Source of the DNA: the human T2T-CHM13v2.0 reference genome, Homo sapiens
Assembly (NCBI RefSeq): GCF_009914755.1
Contig: NC_060942.1
Length of the DNA: 64,000 nucleotides
Direction: 5' to 3' (one strand)
Shown: positions 40,701-51,880 of the stretch, piece after piece
How positions within the stretch are numbered: the first letter of the stretch is position 1
Layout: every line of letters starts with the position of its first letter
Program-made: the position numbers and the translations under genes
The notes under the pieces: model-generated
The model's database searches: none
What the model saw: the letters and a program-made list of their open reading frames with translations, nothing else
Told to the model about the DNA's origin: nothing

Positions 40701-42368
40701 CCAAGCACTGTGAGATGGGTGACTCTTTCGCAATGTTTCCTTTCTCCTCATTCCTTCACTGCGTCTTGCATATGTTGCTCTCAATTGATGACTTTGCTTT
40801 CCATTTCACTGAGAAAATAGAAGTCATCAGAAGAGAGTGTCCATGTATTCTAAATATATCCAATCTATGTTTGCGTCCTGCATGCTGTCTCAGCCTCTCT
40901 ATCAATGCACACTGGTTCCCATTCCTCCTTGAGACGCTAACAGCATTGTTGCAGCATCTGTCTTCTGTCTCTCCTGCATCATCTATTTTTCCCTCTGTGC
41001 TAGATCATTCTCAACCACATACAAATATGCCATAATACTCTCCTATCTTAAAAGAATGCACTTTTTGAACTCCCTTTCCTTTTAGATATCACCTTATTCT
41101 TTTAGTTGCTTTTACTATAAAACTTCTCTATAATGTAGTCTTATACAGTCTGTCTTCACTTTCTTTTCTAACAATCCAACAAAACTTTGCTTATTAAGGT
41201 CTCCAATGACCTGTATGGTTATTTCTCAGGCCCTAACTTACTTATTAGCGATATTTGGCATGGTTGTCATACCCTCCTTCATGAAACCCAATCTTCATTT
41301 TTCTTTTGGGACACCTCACTGGCCACTCCTTTCAGTCTCATTTGCTAGTTTCATCTCATCCTCCTGATGCCAAATGTTGGATTTTTCCCACCTCTTAGTT
41401 CTCACTTCTCTTCTCTCTTTTTGAGAGAGAAGATGATATTCTTCAGTCTCTTAGCTTTAAATACTGTCTCTGTGTTGATAGCTTTCAAATTGTTTATTTA
41501 TATCCCAAAATTCTGCCCCGAGCTTTAGAGTCATATACACTCTGCTTAGATATCTAATAGATATCTCATGTATAACATGATATCTATTCATACATTCATG
41601 TATGTTCCATACACATTTGCCTAGTTGTTTCCAAATTTCTCATTTCTCTTCACAGCCTCCTTATGTCATCATACCTCTCCAGAAACATTTCCCATCTTAG
41701 TATTACATCAAATGCATTATTTCTTTGTTCAGGCCCAAAGAAAATAATACAAAGTCACTTTCAACATCTTTCTTTCTCCTCCCTCACAATTTACCTCTAG
41801 TCCATCTACAAATCCCATTGACTCTAATTTCAAAATATAATCAAAATACAGAACCTTCACTACTACCATGCCATGCTGGCTCAAACTACCATTATGTCTC
41901 CCCTAGTCTGTGGCAGTAGCCTCTCAGCTGATCTCCTTATTTTTATCCCTGTTCTTCTACATTCTGTCCTTGACACAAGCAACCAGAGTGATCCTGATCA
42001 ATCTGTCATATTAAGTCACTTATCTGCTCCAACTTTTTTTTTTTTTATGGTTTTCTCTATCAGAATAGAGGCCAAAGCTCTGGAAATAGTCCATAAGGCC
42101 TGAAAGATCTGGCATTGGTGTGCTCATCTGCTCTTCTCTCTCTTGCTCTTGCTGCACCAGCCATGCTGGCCAACTTTTCTGTTGCTTGGACATTTCAAAC
42201 ACATTCCTGACTTGAGATTTGCTGTTCTCCCTGCCTCAGATGTTCTTACTCTCTAAATAGCCCATTCACACTACCCTAGCTAGTCCTTCCCACTTTCCTA
42301 CACAATTCTTCACATCCTCTCTTCTCCTTTATGTACTTTTTGCATCACTTGTTATCACTTACTGTTTT

Positions 42369-42575
42369 AAAAATTTATTGATATATAATAGTTGTACATA
42401 TTTTGAGGATACATGTGATATTTTGATACATGCATGTAATATGTAATGATCAAGTCAGGGTAATTGGGATATCCATCACCTCAAACATTTATCTGTGTGT
42501 GTGTGTGTGTGTGTGTGAATTTTGGGAACATTACAGATCTTCTGTTTAAGATACTTTGAAATATACAATAAAGTA
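42369..42575 (-). mobile_element. L1MA (L1MA4-6-like) 3' end with internal (TG)n
   Basis: TTGTACATATTT.GAGG.TACATGTGATATTTTGATACATGCAT...TGATCAA.TCAGGGTAATTGGGATATCCATCACCTCAAACATTTATC...TTTGAAATATACAATAAA. Confidence 0.9.
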
Positions 42576-42615
42576 GCCTATGGCCATACCACCCGAAATG
42601 CACATGATCTCATCT
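42576..42615 (+). pseudogene. 5S rRNA pseudogene fragment (nt 1-40, 3'-truncated)
   Basis: GCCTATGGCCATACCACCCGAAATGCACATGATCTCATCT vs 5S GTCTACGGCCATACCACCCTGAACGCGCCCGATCTCGTCT: 31/40, with 5 of the 9 differences being CpG transitions. Confidence 0.88.
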
Positions 42616-43129
42616 TACTATTTTCTATCTCACTAAAGTACAATATGTGCTCCCTGAGAATGGGAATTTCTTTTATTTTCTGTTGAATCCTCAGTGCCTA
42701 AAACAGTGCTGAAAGCAAAGTTTTAAGGTCAAGATTTTAGATATGGTCTAAAGATTCTGGATTTCACTATCTGCAGTATTACCTGGTCAAACTGATATAA
42801 TTAGACTTTCCAGTGCTAAGTGGAAAATGAAATCAAGTGTATTTTATAAAATTTTAATATAATTGTTATTTGAGAAGAATATAAAGGTTAATGTGAAAAC
42901 TTAATAATATTTGTCTCTCAAATATTATGAGCATATTGCTCAAAGCCGCTTGCTTAAAGAGGAACATTATAGCAGCGTAGGGAAAACTTGGAAGCAGCCT
43001 AAATGAACGCAGCAGGGGCTGGCTCCATTCTTTGGTATGATCATGTAACGGGGTAGTTGGCAGCCTTTATAGACTGCACTATCATTTTTATTGGCTTCAT
43101 ATTAATCTATAATTAGTTTAAATAAACCA

Positions 43130-43490
43130 GTCATTGTAGTGTATATTTGATCCAGTTTTTCTCCTTTAGAAACAGTAATGGACATCCTTATACACACTTC
43201 CATACATATTTGCATACTTGTTGTCATATTATCCTTAGAGCATTTAGTATTTCACTATTACAAATAATACTTCAGTGAATATCCATGCTCATTCATCATT
43301 GTCACCAACTCTACTTATTTTTATAGACTGTATTCCTCGATGTTGGACACTTGGTAAGAGGGAATACACATTTCGAGGGCTCTTTATACATCTTACAGAA
43401 TTGCTTTAGAGAGTATCAATTTATCTTTCTTTCAGATTTATATTATAGTGCCTGATTCATTTCAAGCTTAAAAACACTTGGTATTAGGTT
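43130..43490 (-). mobile_element. Ancient L1ME-like remnant
   Basis: CTATTACAAATAATACTTCAGTGAATATCC...CAGAATTGCTTT are antisense L1M 3' motifs. Confidence 0.55.
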
Positions 43491-43573
43491 TACAAAAAAT
43501 TTAAGAAGATATTAAAGATTCTAAAAATCTTTTCCCAAGTAGATTAGGATGTGTACCTACACAATTTATGGTA

Positions 43574-43924
43574 TAGTCAGTTCTACTATAATGCTTGTTT
43601 TGAAAACTTGGACTTCTTCCAAGATTGATCTATTAGGGCACAATTTGAGTATCTTGCAAAATTTGCACTTTCTTATATGTGATTTTATCTGCAAGCAACA
43701 CTAGGTGAATAGAGAAAACTGCACCCAGCTGAACCAACAAGTGAAGGAATACAAAATTCAAATACCTACCAGTTACATTAATTCACCTCTTGTTTATGAG
43801 CCACACCTATGTATATCTGATTTTGCAACTTTCTATCTGATTTCAGATAACGTTCCTTCTGCTACTTCACTGTAACATTGTGATGTTTTGGAACATGTGT
43901 GTCTCAATACAGTAAAACTGACTT
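43574..43924. mobile_element. Tigger-family DNA transposon (Tigger13a-like, internally deleted)
   Basis: Terminal inverted repeats AGTCAGTTCTACTAT / TACAGTAAAACTGACT; internal ACACTAGGTGAA..GAGAAAACTGCACCCAGCTGAACC. Confidence 0.75.
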
Positions 43925-45629
43925 CATGTGATTTCAACATATATCATAGGTTACGTCTACACTGGGTATTATTTCTGTGCATTTGTTAACAGCTTAGATA
44001 GGTAGCATAGGTAGCTGAATGCTATTCAATATGCACCCCTAATCCTATCTGCTTTTTAATTGTGCGTGGAGAAGGCAAATGAGAAAGCAGAAATTGAAAT
44101 GGAAAAGGAAGTGTTCAGAGTAGTTGGTGTAAGCAATATTGGAACACATCTGTTTGCAAAATATGCTTTAGAGGCTTGGAGATGTGTTCTTTCAGGCATT
44201 GCTTTCCATCCTGGGTACAATTGAATCCTTCAGCCCCTTAGAAAGATAAAGATTAGTCTGAAGCTGATATACATTTTCAAGGTAGCAGGGACATGAGTAT
44301 TTTTCAAGCAGGTAGTAGAGCAGGATCCATATCAATCCTTAAAACTCTGCAAACATAGAATTATTTTCATCAGTTTCAGGCAAGAGAGCTGACTTCTCTT
44401 TACACAGAGTAAACCATTACGGGGACATCAGGAAAGACCCTTTCCTCAAAGAGGCATTGTCAACTCAGTCAATGATGCCTAAAGAGTTCCATCCCACAGC
44501 TAGAGATTAAACTGCAAGTGAAGCCATCCTGGATTTCGTTTCTTTGTGTTCTAATTTAGATTCAGGTGCAAATGGTGTCAAGTCCACCTAGGAAAATTTG
44601 GAGGATAAATGAACTGGCAATGTGTAGTTGAAGAAGATAGCTTAAAGGGAAACAACTGGAAGTAAACATAGTCACAGAAAATGACATATATTGCCTACTT
44701 AACAGGAAGACAGTGGTCTGACCTCTTAATAAGGCACAATGTCCACAAGTGAGGGTAGACATTGAAAGAAACAGAACCTGAGATGATTTTATTGTTCATG
44801 GTCATTTGTACAGCCTCGCTCTGTTATCCATTTGCATCTTTGCCTCTTGGTCCCGCAAGAGCCTCTCTCATAAACTTTGAGTAGAAGATCATAAAAAATT
44901 GTTACTTAAAAAAATTGAAGTCCTAAAATTTACCAGCTCTGAAGGAATATACCATACTGATATAGAAAGTTCAATGAATAGGTAGCAACAGAAATAAGCT
45001 TTGATAAACAAAGAAAACCAAATGATGCTATCTGAAAGCCCGGTCTTTGAAATCAGGTGGACTTGGCCTCATTCTCACATTCCATTTATGGGTTCACAAC
45101 GTGGAGGATGTCACTCAGCTGTCACGAGACTCACTTCTTCTGTAAAAGCACAACTGATGAAAACACTTGAAAGGATTTTTTTTTAAATATTGAATGAGAT
45201 AAAATACTGTGAAAATGTTCTATAATGTTTGACATTGGAAAGGGTAGGAAATGAAGGTTAACAGAAGAGTAAAAATAAGCAAATGAAAAAACGTAAGAAC
45301 ATTATGTCAAAGCTCTACCTTTGGAAATAGATCTCACCCTAGAGATGGACAGATGATACAGTCTCAAATGCAAAACCAACAGGTACATTTGAGATTATTA
45401 CCAATATTTAGCGCTGTTATCTTTTGATTTATTCATGTATTCATTTAGCCCTCAACAAATACTGAGTAACTATTTATAAGACATTAAGCTAGGTTCCAGA
45501 GATAAAGCAAGAGACCAGTCCCTAAACTTACTTGTACAGTAAATTAGAACAGGGAATTCTGTTTGATATTTGATACCTTAGAATTCTGACTATTACTGGC
45601 AATAATAATACATATGTAATAATTACTAT

Positions 45630-45846
45630 TGTGTTAGATTGGGCTGCTGTAATAAAATATCATAAACGGAGTGGCTTAAACAACAGACGTTTATTTCCCA
45701 GAGACAGCACTATTCTTATCATCGCCTACCCTCAGGACCTAATCTAAACCTACTTACCTCACAAAAGGCATACCTCCAAATACCATTACTTTGGAAGTTA
45801 GGGCTTCAACACGCAAAGTTTAGGAGTACATATTCAGCCCCTAACA
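45630..45846 (-). mobile_element. MLT1A-like MaLR LTR, internally deleted
   Basis: GGGCTGCTGTAA.AAAATA.CATAAAC.GAGTGGCTTAAACAACAGA...CCTCCAAATACCAT...TTAGGGCTTCAACA...TTCAG.CC.TAACA. Confidence 0.8.
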
Positions 45847-45869
45847 CCTATACACTATCATTAAGGTAG

Positions 45870-46130
45870 AAGCTCCGCAGAACTTTCTCTCTCTTATCCT
45901 CAAAATCATCTCCTTTAGATAGCTATTAGTATCCTCACTTTACAGATGAAAGCTGAGACCCAGAATAGGTGAATTCATTGCCCCCAAATTCCATGACCAC
46001 TAAGTGTTTATAAATCAGAATGAATTAATTGGCCAAAAATTCCATAGCCACTAAGTGGCAGGAGCAGATATTGAGACACAGGCTTGTCTGTGATTACTCA
46101 GCCTGGGCTCTTTTAACACTGTGCCTTTTA
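45870..46130 (-). mobile_element. MIR with internal 37-bp duplication
   Basis: TATCCTCACTTTACAGATGA.AGCTGAG antisense MIR core. Confidence 0.75.
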
Positions 46131-47199
46131 ATACCATTAGAGTAGTATTCACAGAATATCATTCAGATAGGATGACAGAGGATGGTCAATTGGTGAAGCC
46201 AGGACTATTCCTTGGATTAGTAGAAATGCATTAAAAAAAAAAAACTCAAACATGTAAGGGAAGGACACTTGACATTAGAAAAGATGAAATTTCTGGAGAC
46301 ACAATTGTGTGTCACCTAATCAGCTGTCACATCAGGGAAAAAATATCTTGGAGAAATGTTGAGGTCGCCAAACCCAGGGAGCTTTTTAACTGATTCATTT
46401 CATCTTGCATGCATCCCAATAGTTTTAGAAGCTGCTGGATAGATTTATTACACAAAGTCTGTGTCTCTAGCTTTCAGCAATGTGGGATTTCTTTTTCTCA
46501 GAGCCCACTGATCAAACCCTGCATTCACACGTTTACTGATGTGTCATATTTTAACATCCAGGTCTCTGCACAATGCCAAGATTATGCAGTTCTATGGAGT
46601 TAACTTAGAAATTTTGTCCTCACACAGTATTCTATAGTTGTTAATTTTCCATGCAAATGAAAACATTTATATAATTTCTGCTGTTTTTATGTGGTCTCAT
46701 AAAATGTGAATTACAAAACTCCATCTTTGAATTTCCTGTGCTGCTCCACTTTCATTCTCTGTAAGGAATATTTGCCAGAGGAAGGTCTATGTTGTACTTT
46801 CGTAGCCAACTAGAATGTTAAAAGGATTGGAGAGGAGATTTACTGCATATTTGTGATTATTGTTTTTTGGGAGTGAGCTGAGGTCCCAAACCACCTATTC
46901 CAAGCCCATGCTGTGGCAGAGGTTGGAAAGAGGCTTCTTGACTCTACTTGTCCTCTAGCCAAGAGGGAGGCTCTCCCTAGCATGACCCTTAGGCCTCACC
47001 TCCACATCTCTCTGTCTCTGGCATAGGTTATTGGTCATTATGTCACCTCTTTCTTGGTAGGACCCCAGAGAATTTCACATCCTAATCACAAGGGATATAA
47101 AAACTGTCAAGTTCTATGGATCCTTTTCACTTTTCCTTCATGTTTTAATGTAGTTGTTCCTCTTCTGTAATAGCAATGATCACACCATATAGGTATTAA

Positions 47200-47328
47200 A
47201 AATATGTTCCTTCTTTTTCCTACTGGAATGTCCATTCCTTGAGGGCATATCTATTGTCTGTGCAGCTGCAGTGCCCAACACAATGCCTAACATGTGGGTG
47301 CTCAGTGGGTGTTTGCTAAATTAATTTA
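47200..47328 (+). mobile_element. L2 3' end
   Basis: TTCCTTGAGGGCA...CAGTGCCCAACACAATGCCT..CA...GGTGCTCA. Confidence 0.65.
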
Positions 47329-47519
47329 AACTGTATTGCCCTTAGTAATGGCAGTCGGAGTAGAAACAGCAAAATAAATAGGTATTACAGAGGCTGAATG
47401 TCAAAGCTTGACACTGATTAAATGCAGGGTGTGAAAAAAAGAAAAAGTCAAGTGTGAAAAATATAGATAACAAACTGAGTGACATGGATAGAATGCAGAA
47501 ATTCTTCTGATAAAATAAA

Positions 47520-47690
47520 AATAGTAGCTAAAATTTATTGAACAGTTACTATGTGCTAGGCACTGTGCTATGTGCTTTGCATGTATTCTCTCTTTAAATC
47601 CCAACCCAATAACCTGTTTTACTAATGAGAGACTAATCAAAATGCCAAGTAATTGATAATGCCAGGATTTGGAGTAAGCCCTATTTCTCT
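47520..47690 (-). mobile_element. MIR
   Basis: ATTTATTGAACA.TTACTATGTGCTAGGCACTGTGCTA.GTGCTTT.CATGTATT. Confidence 0.75.
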
Positions 47691-47704
47691 GTATTCTGTA
47701 AAAC

Positions 47705-47898
47705 CAGAATTTCTCAAAGTGTGATTTAGGAGCTACATAAACCGAAAAGCATATGGAAGTGGTGGTTAAAATGTGTATTCCTGAGTTTCATCTCAAACCT
47801 GTCACTGAATCAGAAGCTCTGGGTGTGAATCCAAGGATTCTGCATGTTTAAAACACGCCAAGCAAGTCTGTTGTCAGCTAAATCTTTAGAAGTAGTGG
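47705..47898. mobile_element. MER5A-like hAT-Charlie DNA transposon
   Basis: TTCTCAAAGTGTG...TTAAAATG...ATTCCTG...ACTGAATCAGAA.CTCTGGG...TCTGCAT.TTTAA. Confidence 0.75.
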
Positions 47899-48282
47899 AT
47901 TTAATTAGATTTAGTAAACTTTTATGAAGCTCCTATAAGATTGCAGAATTTGGCCCAGGCGTGGGAGTTATAGGAATACACATAATTCCTTTCCCCAAGA
48001 ACTATTGAATTAATAGGAAAAAACAAACCATCATAGCACACTGTAATAAGTACTTGAGTAGCTTTGGGATCTGGCAAACTAATCAAGGAACGAGTAACTC
48101 TGGACATGAGCAAATTTGAAGTGAGAAAGGAGACAGAGTCTGAAAAACCCACCAGGGAGCTGCAAATGTGGAACCACTGAGACAGGTCAGGATTGAATAT
48201 AATGGTCATCCATGTAGAGATAAAAGTTGAAGGGTGCAGGCAGTAAGAATGCCAAGGATAAGATTTGAAAATAAGAGGATCA

Positions 48283-50809
48283 ATAGATTGCAAAAAATTT
48301 CTTCCATTGTGTAGGTTGCCTGTTCACTCTGATTATAGCTTCTTTTGCTGTGCAGAAGCTCTTTAGTTTAATTAGATCCCATGTATTAATCTTGGATTTT
48401 GTTGCAATTGCTTTTGGTGTTTTAGTCATAAAGTCTTTGCCCGTGCCTAGGTTTTCTTTTAGGGTTTTTATTGTTTTAGGTCTTACGTTTAAGTCTTTAA
48501 TCCGACTTGAATTAATTTTTGTATAAGATGTAAGGAAGGGGTCCAGTTTCAGTTTTCTGCATATGGCTAGCCAGTTTTCCCAAAACCACTTATTAAATAG
48601 GGGATCATTTCCCCATTGCTTGTTTTTGTCAGATTTGTCAAAGATCAGATGGTTGTAGATGTGGTGTTATTTCTGAAGCCTCTGTTTTAAAGTTCCATCT
48701 GTTTATATATCTGTTTTGGTACCAGTACCATGCTGTTTTGGTTACTGTAGCCTTGTAGTATAGTTTGAAGTCAGGTAGCATGATGCCTCCAGCTTTGTTC
48801 TTTTTTCTTAGGATTGTCTTGGCTATCCAGGTTTTTTTTGGTTCCATAAGAAATTAAAAGTAGTTTTTTTCTAATTCTTTGAAGAAAGCCAATGGTAGCT
48901 TGATGGGAATAGTATTAAATCTGTAATTACTTTGGGCAGTATGGCCATTTTTATGATATTGAGTCTTTCTATCCATGAGCATGGACTATTTTTCCATTTG
49001 TTTGTATCCTGTCTGATTTCCTTCAGCAGTGGTTGGTAGTTCTCCTTGAAGAGGTCCTTCACATCCTTTGTAAGTTGTATTCCTAGTTGTATTTTATTCT
49101 CTTTGTAGCATTTGTGAATCGGAGTTTGTTCATGATTTGGCTGTCTACTATTTGTGTATAGGAATGCTTGTGATTTTTCCACATTGATTTTGTATCCTGA
49201 GACTTTCCCGAAGTTGCTTATCAGCTTTAGGGGTTTTGGGGCTGAGATGAGATTTTCTAAATATATAATCATGTCATCTGCAAACAGAGATAATTTGACT
49301 CCTCTCTTCCTACTTATATACCCTTTATTTCTTTTTCTTGCCAGATTGTCCTGACCAGAACTTCCAATACTGTGTTGAACGGGAGTGGTGAGAGAGGGCC
49401 TCCTTGTCTTGTGCTGGTTTTCAAAGAGAATGCTTCCAGCTTTTGCCCATTCAGTATGATATTGGCTGTGGGTTTGTCATAAATAGATCTTATTATTTTG
49501 AGATATGTTCCATCAATACCTAGTTTATTGAGTGTTTTTAGCATGAAGGGGTGTTGAATTTTATCAAAGGCCTTTTCAGCATCTATTGAGATAATCATGT
49601 GGTTTTTGTTATTGGTTCTGTTTATGTGATGGATTATGCTTATTGATTTGCATATGTTGAACCAGCCTTGCATCCCAGGTATGAATTCAACTTGATCATG
49701 GTGGATAAGCTTTTTGATGTGCTGCTGGATTCAGTTTGCCAGTATTTTATTGAGGATTTTCACATCGATGTTCGTCAGGCATATTGGCCTGAAATTTTCT
49801 CTTTTTGTTGTATCTCTGCCAGGTTTTGGTATCAGGATGATGCTGGCCTCATAAAATGAGTTAGGGAGGAGTCCCTCTTTTTCTATTGTTTGGAATAGTT
49901 TCAGAGAGCTAATATCCAGAATCTACAAAGAACTTAAGCAAATTTACAAGAAAAAAAAACCCTCTCAAAAAGTGGGCGAAGTATATGAACAGACACTTTT
50001 CAAAAGAAGACATTTATGCAGCCAACAAACACATGAAGAAAAGCCCATCATCTCTGGTCATTACAGAAATGCAAATCAAAACTAAAATGAGATACTATCT
50101 CATGCCAGTTAGAATGGTGATCATTAAAAAGTCAGGAAACAACATATGCTGGAGAAGATGTGGAGAAATAGGGACACTTTTACACTGTTGGTGGGAGTGT
50201 AAATTAGTTCAACCATTGTTGAAGACAGTGTGGGGATTCTTCAAGGATCTAGAATTAGAAATACCATTTGACCCAGCAACCCAGCAATTCCATTACTGGG
50301 CATATACCCAAAGGATTATAAATCATTCTTCTATAAAGACATATGCACACGTATGTTTATTGCAGCAGTATTCACAATAGCAAAGACTTGGAACCAACCC
50401 AAATGTCCATCAATGTTAGACTGGATAAAAAAAATGTGGCACATATACACCATGGAATACTATGCCTCCGTAAAAAAGAATGAGTTCATGCCCTTTACAA
50501 GGACATGGATGAAGCTGGAAACCATCATTCTCACCAAACTAACCCAAGAACAGAAAACCAAACAGCGCATGTTCTCCTAAGTGGGAGTTGAACAAAGAGA
50601 ACACATGAACACAGGGAGGGGAATATCACACAGTGGGGCCTGCTGGGGGTTGGGGGGCAAGGGGAGAGATAACATTAGGAGAAATACCTAATGTAGATGA
50701 CATGTTGATGGGTGCAGCAAACCACCATGGCACATGTATACCTATGTAACAAACCACATTCTGCACATATATCCCAGAACTTAAAATATAATGAAAAATT
50801 AAATAATTA
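48283..50809 (+). mobile_element. L1PA (L1PA7/8-like), 5'-truncated and 5'-inverted: antisense 48283-49905, sense 49905-50809
   Basis: L1 sequence switches strand at ~49905; TSD AAAATAAGAGGATCA (48268-48282) / AAAACAAGAGGACCA (50810-50824). Confidence 0.93.
48638..49673 (-). pseudogene. Frameshifted L1 ORF2 reverse-transcriptase fragments
   Basis: ORF-track peptides [10 protein letters not shown]...[13 protein letters not shown]...[15 protein letters not shown] (preceded by FADD codons) and [19 protein letters not shown] are L1 ORF2p, broken by frameshifts and stops. Confidence 0.92.
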
Positions 50810-51704
50810 AAAACAAGAGGACCAGGAAGAAATCCTTGGAGATTACTTCTCATCTGACATTTTATTCTCCAAAGCCTAGTTCCCTGAATAAGCAAACCAC
50901 CATAAGCAATTAAATTGCCCTTTTAAACGGCCAAGAACTTCAGATCACTTTATGAGTTTTCTTTGCCAAAGGAGAGTTTTGGAAGTCATTTGGTTAACAT
51001 GTTACATTTCAAAGATGACTTTAAGAGGGAAATGTGACATCACTGAATGGCAAAGTTGTGTTTTAGATAGTTTCTTCCTAAAGTGTATGCTTTAACAATC
51101 TCATTACTCTGAGTTAGATACTTTTGCACTATGAAATCCTAGTAAACTATTAATTCTGTGGATAAATAAAAACCTAGCCCTGCTATCCTCACACACCACA
51201 CTCACTATTCTGTGATGCCATTTAACTCTTCCATTAAAGTACTGTTACTGTGCCTGTGAATGCCAAGAAAAAAGAAGGATCAATTTAAATTGCCTAAAAA
51301 TGCTAGAATGTATTTCCCTAGATCTAATGGGTAATGGCACTGACAGCTTCAAATATGTTTCATAAAGAGTTCGATATTACTGTTCTTGCCTACTAATATC
51401 CGGATTATTGAAGAATTAATAAGGAGGTATTACCTTTGAGAACAAGAAACATATCTTCTCCTTTCAAAGGGACAATAACAAGATAGTCTGCTGGGAAGCA
51501 TCTTCAAAACATGAAAGAAGAGAATTTGGAGTCAGTGCCATTTTGCCTTCCATGTTTGCTTGATGTATAAAGCAAAGGCAAGATAGTCTCTTTTTTGGTT
51601 TGGAAAAAAGAGAAAAATGAATATTTCCTTGTTCAGGAATCATGAAGTGACTGCACAGGCCATTGAAATGCTTTGATAACTTGCATAGTATGTATTTTTA
51701 AATG

Positions 51705-51880
51705 TAGTTTGGTAGAAGAGAAATGCCACTGATTGAAATTCAGGAAGCTTGAGTTCTAGTATTGCTGCTGATATATATGAACTGTGTGATGCCGTAGAAA
51801 TAAGCCATTTACCCTTAACTTTTTAGTACATAAAATATAAGGCATGGACTAGATATCTAAGACTCTTTATAGCTCCCAGT
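51705..51880 (+). mobile_element. MIR3/MIRc-like remnant
   Basis: TCAGGAAG.TTGAGTTCTAGT...ACTGTGTGA...TAAAAT...TGGACTAGAT.TCTAAG. Confidence 0.6.

Larger units (their letters stand above)
40730..42712 (+). mobile_element. L2 (L2a-like), interrupted by the L1MA/5S insertion
   Basis: GATGACTTTGCTT.CCATTTCACTGAGAAAATAGAAG, CAACCAGAGTGATCCT and the 3' end GCTCCCTGAG...ATCCTCAGTGCCTAAAACAGTGC. Confidence 0.85.

Noticed and set aside
42576-42615. Functional 5S rRNA gene
   Set aside because: Only nt 1-40 are present, the internal promoter (box A, IE, box C) is missing, and CpGs have decayed.
49985-50580. 131-aa and 75-aa sense ORFs
   Set aside because: They are frameshifted L1 ORF2 C-terminal remnants in a truncated element, not a functional gene.
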